NCBI GenBank assembly: GCA_963816145.1
Contig: CAWFJP010000005.1
Location: 1 to 64,000 of the forward strand
Length of the DNA stretch: 64,000 nucleotides
Direction: 5' to 3'
Source: an uncultured delta proteobacterium
GTDB taxonomy: Bacteria; Desulfobacterota; Binatia; UBA9968
The translations under genes were made by a program, and so were the position numbers. How positions within the stretch are numbered: the stretch's first letter is position 1; every line of letters starts with the position of its first letter. This document shows positions 19,938 through 28,696 of this stretch, piece by piece. Under the pieces are notes generated by a model. It ran no database searches. It was given only the letters and a program-made list of their open reading frames with translations, and was not told the origin of the DNA.

Positions 19938-20812
19938 GTGGATAGAATCGCGATGTTATTAAAGGAGTTTTCGCAGGGATTGATTTCGCGGCGCGAGTTT
20001 ATGCAACGGGCAGTCATTGTGGACGGGCAGTGTCGCTGTGGCGTCGTCCTTGCTCGATTCGCTTAGTCCGTCCGTCGCCCATGCCAATCAGGTGGATCCG
20101 AACGACCCGGCGCTGATATCGACGGATGTTAAATATGCTGCAACCGATGGTGCTTCGATCAACGCCTACGTTAGCCGTCCGAAGGCAGATGGCAGACGGC
20201 CGGCAGTGATTGTGGTCACCGATAACTGGGCTCTCGACGACCATAATCGTGATGTCGGCCGGAGATTGGCCAAAGCGGGTTACGTTGCGATTGTGCCAGA
20301 CGTCGTTTCGCGAGAGGGCGGTACTGGCTCATTCCCGAATCGTGAAGCAGTGGGGAAGGCGGTTGGGAGTCTGAATAGCGACAGTGTGATGAAAGACTTG
20401 ATGGGCGCACACAACTATATCAAGAGTCAAAGTTTCGTCCAGGCCAGTAAAATTGGAGTTATCGGATTTTGTTGGGGCGGTGGTCAAACTTTTCTCTTCA
20501 CGACCCAGAACAAGGATCTGGCAGCGACCGTGATATTCTATGGGCCGATTCCCAAGGATCTCGATGCGGTCAAAAATATTTCCGCACCGGTCTTGGGTAA
20601 TTATGGCGAACTTGATAAAGGCATCTCCTCGCAGGTGCCAAGGCTCGCAGAGGAAATGAAAAAATACGGCAAGTCATACGATTATAAAATTTATCCCGAC
20701 GCACCGCACGCATTTTTTAGCGACGTGCGACGCGGATCGATACCGTCCAGAGGCGGCGAAGGATGCCTGGGGCCGGACGTTGGAGTTCTTCAAGAAAAAT
20801 CTGCAGGGTTAA
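19938..20812 (+). pseudogene. Tat-exported dienelactone hydrolase family protein, 2 frameshifts (~20020, ~20730)
   Basis: AAGGAGG then GTG; SRREF Tat motif; GFCWGG nucleophile elbow; YPDAPHAF; shifted frame gives EAAKDAWGRTLEFFKKNLQG*. May be an intact gene with sequencing errors. Confidence 0.8.
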
Positions 20813-20926
20813 CAGCCGAGCACAGTGAACGCCGATCTCTTACAGTGCCGGCGAGCACGTTCAGTTGTCATTAGCGCGAGCACACCTAGGTGGCGTCGCT
20901 CGCGCTGATGATCCGATTAAGCAGCG

Positions 20927-21852
20927 CTATTCAGATATTTTTTGAAAGTGATCGACGGTGCGCTGCCAGGCGAGCTTGGCGGCGGCTTCGTCGTATCGCG
21001 GCGTCGTGTCGTTGTGAAAGCCATGGTTGGTTTTGGCATAGATGTAGCCTTCGTGCTTGATCCCATTGGCCTTCAGGGCTGCTTCATAAGCTGGCCAAGT
21101 GCCGGTGGTGTTGGGATCCAGTTCCGCATCGGCAAAATGAGCGAGGACGGCGGCTTTGATCTTCGGCACGTCGGCTGGTCGCCGGCGCTCTGCCGTAGAA
21201 TGGTACCGCCGCGGCTAGTGCCGGCACTCGGACCGCTAGTTGATTGACTCTGATGCCGCCGACGCAAAAGCCCACAGCGCCGAGTTTTCCCGTTGATTGC
21301 GGATGCTTCAGCAAAAACTCAGCGGCCGCGAGGAAGTCTTCGATAATTTTTCCTTGGTCGAGTTTCCCGTTCATGGCGACAGCTTTTTCGTCGGTTTAGC
21401 GTCAAAGGCGTACTTATCCACGTCCGGATACCCACCCAGCGGCCATAACGCATCGGGAGCGAAGGCCATAAAACCCGCGACGGCCAGGCGCCGTGCCACG
21501 TCTTCGATGTACGGATTTAGTCCGCGGTTCTCGTGAATTACGACGACTACAGGAAATTTGTCGCCGCTCGCCGGTCGCGCGAGCAGGCCGCGCATCTGGC
21601 CGTCGGGAGCATTGCCCTTCGGCGACAGATAAAACGCGTATTCCGCCTTGATCCGTTTGTCGTCTTTTGCGACTTGCTGCGCCCAAGGTAGTTGGGCCGC
21701 AGCATCTCCCATAGACCCATCGCCGTCAGCCCGCCAACAGCAAATTTGGCGGCGCCTTCTAAAAACTCGCGCCGATTGATCGCGCCATGGACATATTTAT
21801 TGAAAAGACTCAATAGCTGCGGATCGAAGTCGCTGGCTTTTTTTCTTTCCAT
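20927..21852 (-). pseudogene. YghX-like dienelactone hydrolase family protein, several frameshifts
   Basis: [30 protein letters not shown]; [17 protein letters not shown]; VGFC; NHGFHNDTTPRYDEAAAKLAW, split over at least four frames. Confidence 0.8.
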
Positions 21853-21916
21853 TGAATGCCTTAATTTAGGTTGACTTTTGAACTGCAACGCGAAAGCGCA
21901 ACTGAATGATATTTAG

Positions 21917-22793
21917 CTAACTCTGTAGATGCTTTTTGAAAAAATCCAATGTTCTCGTCCACGCCTCTTTTGCCGCTTCCTCCCGGTAGCTCCCTGGATT
22001 TTGATCGTTGTTGAACCCATGCGGTGCGCCTGGATAGATCTTGTAGTCAAACGACTTGCCATATTTTTTCATGATCTCGTCCAACTTCGGCACGGCATCC
22101 GTGATCCGCTCATCGGCCCCGCCATATTGACCTAACACCGGAGACGTAATGTTTTTCACTTCGTCAAGGTCGCGCGGATTGCTTCCGTAATATATCACGG
22201 ACGCGGCAAGATCTTTGCTCCGAGTCGTAAACAGCAGCGCCTTGCCGCCGCCCCAACAAAAGCCAATGACGCCGATTTTGCTGGCGGCGACAAAATTTTG
22301 GGTTTTTAAATAATTGACCGCACCAGTCGAAATCCTTGACGACCGCCTCGTCGTCCAATTTGCGACCCGCTGCGATTGCGGCTTCCGAAGTTGAAAACGA
22401 ACGCGTGCCTCCGTACCTGGACAACAGGTCAGGAGCCAAGGCCACATAGCCGGCTTTTGCAAATCTGCGGGCCACGTCGCGACTATGTTCCTTCAAACCG
22501 TCCCACTCATGAATAATCAATACGGCCGGACGCGAACCATCTCTTTTGGGTCGTGTCAAGTATCCGCCGAGGACGGTGCCGTCAACTGCGTTATATTGGA
22601 CATCGCTCGATGCAAGTGCCGGATCATTGGCATCGACCAGCGCGGCGTGACTGGTGTGCGGCACAATGGCGTCCGATACGGACGCTGCAGCCGCCAGGCT
22701 ACCGGTCAACAACAATGCTCTGTGCAAAAAATCCCGGCGTGAAAGTTGTCCGCCAGGAAAATCCTTCATTAGTTTGTCGAATTTGTCTGACAT
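21917..22793 (-). pseudogene. Tat-exported dienelactone hydrolase family protein, 1 frameshift (~22325)
   Basis: SRRDF Tat motif, IHEWDG in the 22164-22793 frame; GFCWGGG and YPGAPHGF in the 21917-22462 frame. Confidence 0.82.
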
Positions 22794-23001
22794 GGTGGTT
22801 TTTTCCTTCAGGCGCGCCTAATGAACGGGAGCCCGCAGCGCGCCAAATTCGGCTACTTAACAGTCCGAATGCCGTCAATCACGCGGCTATTCATCGGAGC
22901 GAGCCAACCTCCGATTGCGCTCGCAAAAAATACGCCGAATGAAGCTTCGGCGTACCAATTTGATTTGCGGACGCCTTGCCGCGTACTGCGGCAGGCTCTG
23001 T

Positions 23002-23667
23002 CTAGAATTGAATCATATCGAACTTTGTCAAAGTCGTCTGCTGTGCCACGCCCGGCGCGGTGGTGAAATGATACGCGGTGTACTGCTCGAAATAGGTGTT
23101 TTCCGAAGACATGCCGTCTACCGGAACAATCACTTTAAAACCCCTGAAGGCGGCTTGAGTGGCCGTGGAGATTACCGCGCCGTGAGCCGCGGTTCCTACG
23201 ACGATCACCGTCTTGATGCCTTTATCTCGTAAGATCTTTTCCAGGTCGGTCCCGACAAACTTGTCAGCCGGCGCCCGTACTAGGGGCTCGCCGGCGGAGG
23301 GGGCGACGTCCGGCAAAAAATCGGCGGGAGAGGAGTTTGTCGTGTAGCTGTGAATAACGGTTAGCCCCTTGCTCCTGGCTTGGGTCAAGAAGGCTTGGAT
23401 CTGCGGAACGGAGGTGATGCAGCGCGGCCGCCGTTCGTTGCTGCATCCTTGCTTGACGAGGTCTAAAACCAGGAACGCGGTTGATTTCGGATCGTCGATT
23501 TTAACCGGCTTCAACTCAGGCGGTTTGGGCGCTTGCACGCTCGCCCACTCGTCGATGATCGTCTTCGACTGCGCGAACGAGGCGCCGGCGCAGAGCAAAA
23601 CAAGCGAAAACGCCAGGCCGGTTGCCCCCCGGAAGCCGAAGAGCAGAACTATCTTTGAATGGGTCAT
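23002..23667 (-). CDS. Exported isochorismatase/cysteine-hydrolase-fold protein lacking the catalytic Cys
   Basis: Signal peptide (ASFA-Q); TAFLVLD; DLEKILRDKGIKTVIVVGTAAHGAVISTA. Confidence 0.85.
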   Translation of the reverse strand: MTHSKIVLLFGFRGATGLAFSLVLLCAGASFAQSKTIIDEWASVQAPKPPELKPVKIDDPKSTAFLVLDLVKQGCSNERRPRCITSVPQIQAFLTQARSKGLTVIHSYTTNSSPADFLPDVAPSAGEPLVRAPADKFVGTDLEKILRDKGIKTVIVVGTAAHGAVISTATQAAFRGFKVIVPVDGMSSENTYFEQYTAYHFTTAPGVAQQTTLTKFDMIQF

Positions 23668-23853
23668 GCGATCCCCCCTACTACTTTAGTCTTTGTTGAA
23701 ATACTAACACCGAATCAGCCGATTAAAATGGTCGCCAGTTTTATCTTGTTGCATCGGCGCAGGAAAACTACCAGAAGGATAGCTTAAGTCAATATATAAT
23801 TTTTTCCCGTTGTCGCAGTTGAGAGGGGGGATAAATGCGTTATTGTTATTGCT

Positions 23854-24291
23854 ATGGCAAACGAATTATCGATTCGCCGCAGCCCCGAGCAGGAAGCGCT
23901 GCGGCGACCGTTGCTGGAATTGCACGATGCCTTGCTGCGACTCCACAAAGTCTTGCTCGAGTCCGAGCGGGCGGTTTATGAAAAAACTGTCGAACCGATT
24001 CGCTCACCGAATCATTTCTTCCAGCTGCTCACCAGCGATCCATGGTTCGCCTGGCTGCGGCCGATCTCCCAGCTCATTGTCGCCATCGATGAAACTCTCG
24101 ACGAGAAAGAAGCGCTCACCCACGCCAGCGTCGACGCGGTTATGCGCCTGTCGGTATTTTTATTAATCCCGGCGGAGAACGGCGGTGAATTCGGCGAGCG
24201 CTACGTTGCCGCCTTGCAGCGCGACCCGCGCGTGGTCCTCGCCCATGCCCAAGCGGCCAAGCATATTGGGTCGGCGACGACGCGATCCTGA
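23854..24291 (+). CDS. Hypothetical helical protein
   Basis: 145 aa ORF with host-like codon usage; LLRLHKVLLESERAVYE...DPWFAWLRPISQLIVAIDE. Confidence 0.75.
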   Translation: MANELSIRRSPEQEALRRPLLELHDALLRLHKVLLESERAVYEKTVEPIRSPNHFFQLLTSDPWFAWLRPISQLIVAIDETLDEKEALTHASVDAVMRLSVFLLIPAENGGEFGERYVAALQRDPRVVLAHAQAAKHIGSATTRS

Positions 24292-24331
24292 TCGCGGCCT
24301 CACCTGCGAGCGGTTAGTCGGTATTTTGTTA

Positions 24332-24423
24332 GGATTTTTTAACCACAGAGGGCGCAGAGATCACAGAGAAAGTTAGAAAAGATGACATTCGGCGCTCCGA
24401 ACCTCTGTGTGCTCTGTGGTGAA
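24332..24423. repeat. Family A hairpin (CACAGAG variant), downstream of the GxxExxY gene
   Basis: GGATTTTTTAACCACAGAGGGCGCAGAGATCACAGAGAAAGTTAGAAAAGAT..TTCGGCGCTCCGAACCTCTGTGTGCTCTGTGGTGAA. Confidence 0.92.
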
Positions 24424-24457
24424 CATTGCCCTATCACCAAGCCAAACAATGCCACTT

Positions 24458-24853
24458 TCATAGTCGAAAGCGTCGGATACCATCGACAAGTCGCTTGACG
24501 TTGAAATTGATCAACAATCCTTTGTTGACAGTGGCCAGTTTCATGTATGTGAGGAGTTGTGCTTCGTGGATCGGCAAGATTCTTTCCACGCTCTTTAGTT
24601 CTAAGATAACTTGCTCGTCGACCAGTACATCGATTCTGAATCCGCAATCGAGCTGCACCCCTTTGTATTCAACTGGTATAGGTACTTGAAGACGAAACGT
24701 AAGGTTCTCTAGCGAGAGTTCACGAGCCAAACACTGCTCGTAGGCTGACTCGAGAAGGCCCGGACCGAGGGCACGATGGACCTCGATGGCGCAGCCAATG
24801 ATCTTTTCGGTTAAAGGATCCTGGCTCACTGTCGGGGTTTCCATGCCAAACAC
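24458..24853 (-). CDS. GxxExxY protein (PD-(D/E)XK nuclease-like)
   Basis: IIGCAIEVHRALGPGLLESAY (GxxExxY), RIDVLV...ILELKSV catalytic motif, AQLLTY, GLLINF. Confidence 0.95.
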   Translation of the reverse strand: MFGMETPTVSQDPLTEKIIGCAIEVHRALGPGLLESAYEQCLARELSLENLTFRLQVPIPVEYKGVQLDCGFRIDVLVDEQVILELKSVERILPIHEAQLLTYMKLATVNKGLLINFNVKRLVDGIRRFRL

Positions 24854-24883
24854 TTTCCCTCCCGCTCGGAAGAGTCCGAGTTC

Positions 24884-24984
24884 GGATTTCTAATCACAGA
24901 GGGCACAGAGATCACAGAGAAAGTTAAAAAAGATTGTCTTCGGTGCCCCTAAATCTCTGTGCTCTCTGTGTGCTCTGTGGTGAA
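24884..24984. repeat. Family A hairpin (CACAGAG variant), upstream of the GxxExxY gene
   Basis: GGATTTCTAATCACAGAGGGCACAGAGATCACAGAGAAAGTTAAAAAAGAT..TTCGGTGCCCCTAAATCTCTGTGCTCTCTGTGTGCTCTGTGGTGAA. Confidence 0.92.
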
Positions 24985-25006
24985 AATTCCCGTTCCTGAA
25001 AAGCCT

Positions 25007-26629
25007 TCAATCCAGTTTCACGTCGACGATGGCGAGCTCGTCTTTCGCCAGGGTTTCTTTGAACACCGGCGCGAGCTGTTCTTTCTTGGTCACGCTGTAG
25101 CCTTTGGCGCCGTAGAGTTCGGCGAGTTTGGCCAAGTCGGGGATGAACAGCTCGGTGCCTATGATACGGCCGCCGTAGTTTTTTTCCTGATCACGCTTCA
25201 TGCCGCCGTAAGCATTATTGCGCAGGATCAGCACCAGCACCGGGATATTGTGATAGCGCGCGGTGGCGAGCTCCTGTTGCTCCATCATGAACGAGCCGTC
25301 GCCGGTGACGCAAATGACCCGGGCATCGGGGCGGCCGATCTTGACGCCGTAGGCAGTGGCCAGTGCCGTGCCGATGGCGCGGAACTCGCCGGCATGAATG
25401 ATGGGCACCTTGGCGTCGATGTTGCGCAGGGTGTCGCCGGTCATGCCCGAGGTCGTCAAGATTTCCCTGCCGGTGAGCTGTTCGTTGAGCGCGCGCAACA
25501 CGGAAACATAACCGAGATTTTGCTTGCTAATAGTTTCGTCGATGTCCGTCAACCAATCCTGCTTGACTTGTGCCACCGCTTTGCCGTTGTCGGGCCGCGC
25601 GGCTTTCGCTGGCTTGGCTTTCACGCCGTCTATAATCGCGCGTAGGGCGGTTTTGGCATCGGCTTGGATAGCCAATTCGGCCGGGTAGATGCGGCCGAAC
25701 TGCTCCGGATCGGTGTCGATGTGAATGATCCGGCCATTTTCCGGCATGGTCTTATGGCCGAAGCCGAGGGTCGTGCCTTCGCTGAAACTGGTGCCGACAG
25801 CGAGTACCAAGTCCGCTTTCTGAAAGAATGGTCGCGCATACATGCGTCCACCGTTGCCGAGACAGCCGAGAGCGAGGGGATGGTTCTCCGGAAAAACGCC
25901 TTTGGCGGTATAGCTGCTGGCCACCGGCAGCGACAATAACTCGGCCAGCTCTTTTACTTCGTCTTGCGCCTGCGCCCAGTCGACGCCGGTGCCGGCGAGC
26001 AGGACCGGCGCGGAGGCGCCGAGCAATAGATCGACGGCGGTGTTGACCGTGCGCCCGTCCACCGCCGGGGCCGCAGGATTGGCCGACGGCGCGAAGGTAA
26101 TGGGCTCGGGCAGATGGGTTTCTTGCAAATCTTCCGGGATGCAGAAAAACACCGGCCCTTGGCGGCCGCGGGTGGTTTGACGAAATAACGAGTCGAGTAC
26201 CGAGCCGAGTTCTTCAATGCGCCCTAGGCGAGCACTCTGTTTGGTGATCGGTTGAAATAAGCGGACATGCTCCATGCCATGCCACGACGCCCAGTGGCCC
26301 TTGGCGAAGGACGTCGTGCCGATGTCTGATGATATGACAAATAGCGGCACCGCTTCTTTGTAGGCTTGGGCGACCGCGGTGACGATGTTGGTGGCACCGC
26401 CGCCGGCCGAGACCAGGCAAACCGCCGGTTGTTTGGTGGCGCGCGCGTAGCCCAGAGCCATGTTCCCTGCGCCACCCTCATGCTGCGCGTTGATGAAGCG
26501 CAGCTCGGGCCGCTTGGCGATGGCGTCGCCGAAGGGAAACAGGGTGTGGGCGAGCACGCCGAAAATGCAGCGCACGTTTTGGGCGATCAAATAGTCGACG
26601 ACGGTTTCGGCGAGATTGGGTCCGGGCAT
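25007..26629 (-). CDS. Thiamine pyrophosphate-binding protein (acetolactate synthase-like)
   Basis: QHEGGAGNMALGYAR, GRQGPV, HIDTDP, GDGSFMM...NNAYG TPP motif. Confidence 0.92.
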   Translation of the reverse strand: MPGPNLAETVVDYLIAQNVRCIFGVLAHTLFPFGDAIAKRPELRFINAQHEGGAGNMALGYARATKQPAVCLVSAGGGATNIVTAVAQAYKEAVPLFVISSDIGTTSFAKGHWASWHGMEHVRLFQPITKQSARLGRIEELGSVLDSLFRQTTRGRQGPVFFCIPEDLQETHLPEPITFAPSANPAAPAVDGRTVNTAVDLLLGASAPVLLAGTGVDWAQAQDEVKELAELLSLPVASSYTAKGVFPENHPLALGCLGNGGRMYARPFFQKADLVLAVGTSFSEGTTLGFGHKTMPENGRIIHIDTDPEQFGRIYPAELAIQADAKTALRAIIDGVKAKPAKAARPDNGKAVAQVKQDWLTDIDETISKQNLGYVSVLRALNEQLTGREILTTSGMTGDTLRNIDAKVPIIHAGEFRAIGTALATAYGVKIGRPDARVICVTGDGSFMMEQQELATARYHNIPVLVLILRNNAYGGMKRDQEKNYGGRIIGTELFIPDLAKLAELYGAKGYSVTKKEQLAPVFKETLAKDELAIVDVKLD

Positions 26630-26874
26630 AGGCTTGGCTCCTTGTTATCGATAGGCCTGCTTAGTTCAGCGCCAGGGAAAATGCAATGGCCGTGGGCCGA
26701 TAAGCGGGTCTACAACTCGGGACGAAGCTTCGGCGGATGCACCATAATTTTACGTTCACGGCAGCGTTCCGGCGTGCTATCATGGACATTAAAGAAGAGT
26801 CGCGGAGAGCTTCTCGTGGTGCGACATCCGGCGCCAAAACCAATCCCCAAAGGGATGCACAAGAGGTATGTTTG

Positions 26875-27249
26875 ATGGAATCGACAGTACAGACATTTGC
26901 TAACGTCGTGATCGTGCAGGTTGAGGGTCGTATCGATCACAGCACGGCACCGGCATTCGGCAGTGTGCTCTTGCCCCATGTCGAGGGTTGCGCTGGGGAC
27001 GACAAAAAGCTGCTGGTGGATTTGAGCAAAGTCAATTACATGAGCAGCGCCGGGCTGCGCGTGTTAATGATCGCGGCCAAAGGGTGCCGTAAGCAGGAAG
27101 GTAAAGTGGTGCTAGCCGGTCTTCAGCCGAGTGTGCGGGAAGTTTTCAAGATCGGTCGTTTCGATATGGTGCTGGAAACTTATCCGACGGTGCGCGATGC
27201 GCTTGCGGCGATCTCGCCCGCTGCGGCAGCGATTTATGTCGACCGCTAA
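26875..27249 (+). CDS. STAS-domain anti-anti-sigma factor
   Basis: VEGRID, VDLSKVNYMSSAGLRVL (phospho-Ser motif), VREVFKI; GAGG upstream of ATG 26875. Confidence 0.92.
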   Translation: MESTVQTFANVVIVQVEGRIDHSTAPAFGSVLLPHVEGCAGDDKKLLVDLSKVNYMSSAGLRVLMIAAKGCRKQEGKVVLAGLQPSVREVFKIGRFDMVLETYPTVRDALAAISPAAAAIYVDR

Positions 27250-27254
27250 CCGGT

Positions 27255-27707
27255 ATGCCGAGTTCAACTCAATTGGAGCGCACCGAAGCGCTGACCATTG
27301 ACGCGGTCGCCCACTGCACCGAGTTTGCCAGAGCCAAAGCGAGCCAGGCGGGGTTTCCCGCAGCGCGGGTGGATGAAATCGAACTGGTGGTCGAAGAGGT
27401 GGTGGCGAATATTTGCCATTACAGTTACGGCGATCGATTGGGCAATGTCGAGCTTGCTTGCCGGCCGATCGCCGGGCCAGCGCTGGAGTTGGTTTTTGCC
27501 GACGGCGGCCGGCCTTTCGACATGCTCGCCATGCCCGAACCCAATCTTGCGGTTGATATCGATCAACGCGGGTTAGGCGGCGTCGGCGTGCCGATGATGC
27601 GCGCGTTGGTCGATCAGGCAAGCTATCGGCGCGATGGTGAACGGAACGTGCTCCGTCTAGTTTTTCATTCGGCCTGCCGTCTGGGCGGCGCGTCTCAGTT
27701 GGCGTAA
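27255..27707 (+). CDS. Anti-sigma factor / RsbW-like Ser kinase (HATPase_c_2)
   Basis: ELVVEEVVANICHYSY, DGGRPFD, GGVGVPMMRALVD, RNVL. Confidence 0.9.
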   Translation: MPSSTQLERTEALTIDAVAHCTEFARAKASQAGFPAARVDEIELVVEEVVANICHYSYGDRLGNVELACRPIAGPALELVFADGGRPFDMLAMPEPNLAVDIDQRGLGGVGVPMMRALVDQASYRRDGERNVLRLVFHSACRLGGASQLA

Positions 27708-27729
27708 GCCGAGGGAACGGAAAGACCTC

Positions 27730-28692
27730 ATGCGCATCCGTTTTTGGGGAACCCGCGGTTCGCTGCCGGCACCCTGCGAAGCTGCGGTGATCCGCGACAA
27801 GATCAAACGGGCCTTGCTCCGAGCCGACGGCCGCAAATTTGCCGACGAAACGGCGCTCGAACGATTTATCGACACGGAGTTGGAGTTTCCCTTGCGCGGC
27901 GGTTATGGCGGTAACACTGCCAGCGTGGAAATCATCGGTGGCGATCATTACACGCTCTGCGATATGGGCTCGGGGCTGCGCTGCTTCGGCCAACACGCCC
28001 TGGCGCAAAACGGACCGCGGCAGCCGCAAGTCTATAATTTTTTTATGTCCCATGTGCATTGGGACCACATCATGGGTTTCCCATTTTTCCCGCCGGCTTA
28101 CATTCCCGGCAATCGCATACGGATTCATGGTTGCCATTCGCTCGTGGTGCTCGAAGAAGCCTTTCGGCGCCAGCAATCCGACCCCTGTTTTCCGGTGCAT
28201 TGGGATCAGTTGGGCGCGAATATCAGCTTTGTACCGCTGCAGACCGATTGCTGGTACGAGATCGACGGTCTGCGCGTGAAGGCCAAACTGCAACCGCATC
28301 CCGGTGATTCGTACGGCTATCGTTTCGAGAAAAATGGCCGGAGCATGGTTTATTCGACCGACGGCGAGCACAAACTCGATTCGGAGAGCGAAACCAGCGC
28401 GATGGTGGAATTTTACCGCGGTGCCGATCTGGTGGTGTTCGACTCCATGTATTCGTTCAAGGATATGTTCGGCGCCAAAGCGGATTGGGGACATTCGAGC
28501 AATATCGTCGGCGTCGATTTATGCTTAAGTGCCCAGGTCAAGCATTATTGCATGTTCCACCACGATCCCGCGTCAAATGATGACACGATTTATTCTGTCC
28601 TCGGCGAAACCCGGCGCTATGCCGAGATCGCCGGTGAAAACTATTCCCTCCATGTATCGACTGCCTTCGATGGCCTAGTCATCGACCTATAA
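27730..28692 (+). CDS. MBL-fold metallo-hydrolase (possible cyclic-nucleotide phosphodiesterase)
   Basis: FWGTRGS, YGGNT, DMGSG, SHVHWDHIMGFPFF, HPG, TDGEH, WGHS, FHHDP. Confidence 0.9.
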   Translation: MRIRFWGTRGSLPAPCEAAVIRDKIKRALLRADGRKFADETALERFIDTELEFPLRGGYGGNTASVEIIGGDHYTLCDMGSGLRCFGQHALAQNGPRQPQVYNFFMSHVHWDHIMGFPFFPPAYIPGNRIRIHGCHSLVVLEEAFRRQQSDPCFPVHWDQLGANISFVPLQTDCWYEIDGLRVKAKLQPHPGDSYGYRFEKNGRSMVYSTDGEHKLDSESETSAMVEFYRGADLVVFDSMYSFKDMFGAKADWGHSSNIVGVDLCLSAQVKHYCMFHHDPASNDDTIYSVLGETRRYAEIAGENYSLHVSTAFDGLVIDL

Positions 28693-28696
28693 TTTC

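Larger units (their letters stand above)
24332..24984 (-). mobile_element. Putative GxxExxY cassette: nuclease gene bracketed by two direct-repeat copies of the family A hairpin
   Basis: Repeats 24332-24423 and 24884-24984 align through arms and loop; the gene between them is low GC; solo copies occur elsewhere. Mobility is inferred. Confidence 0.6.

Noticed and set aside
20020-22330. Programmed ribosomal frameshifting in the DLH genes
   Set aside because: Too many scattered shifts at non-homologous positions and no consistent slippery sites.
24339-24689. Alternative ORFs overlapping GxxExxY as a possible antitoxin or accessory gene
   Set aside because: They overlap the nuclease gene or run through the repeat, with no motifs or clear RBS.
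27112-28494. 460-aa antisense ORF
   Set aside because: Shadow of the well-supported anti-sigma and MBL genes; no motifs; expected in GC-rich DNA.
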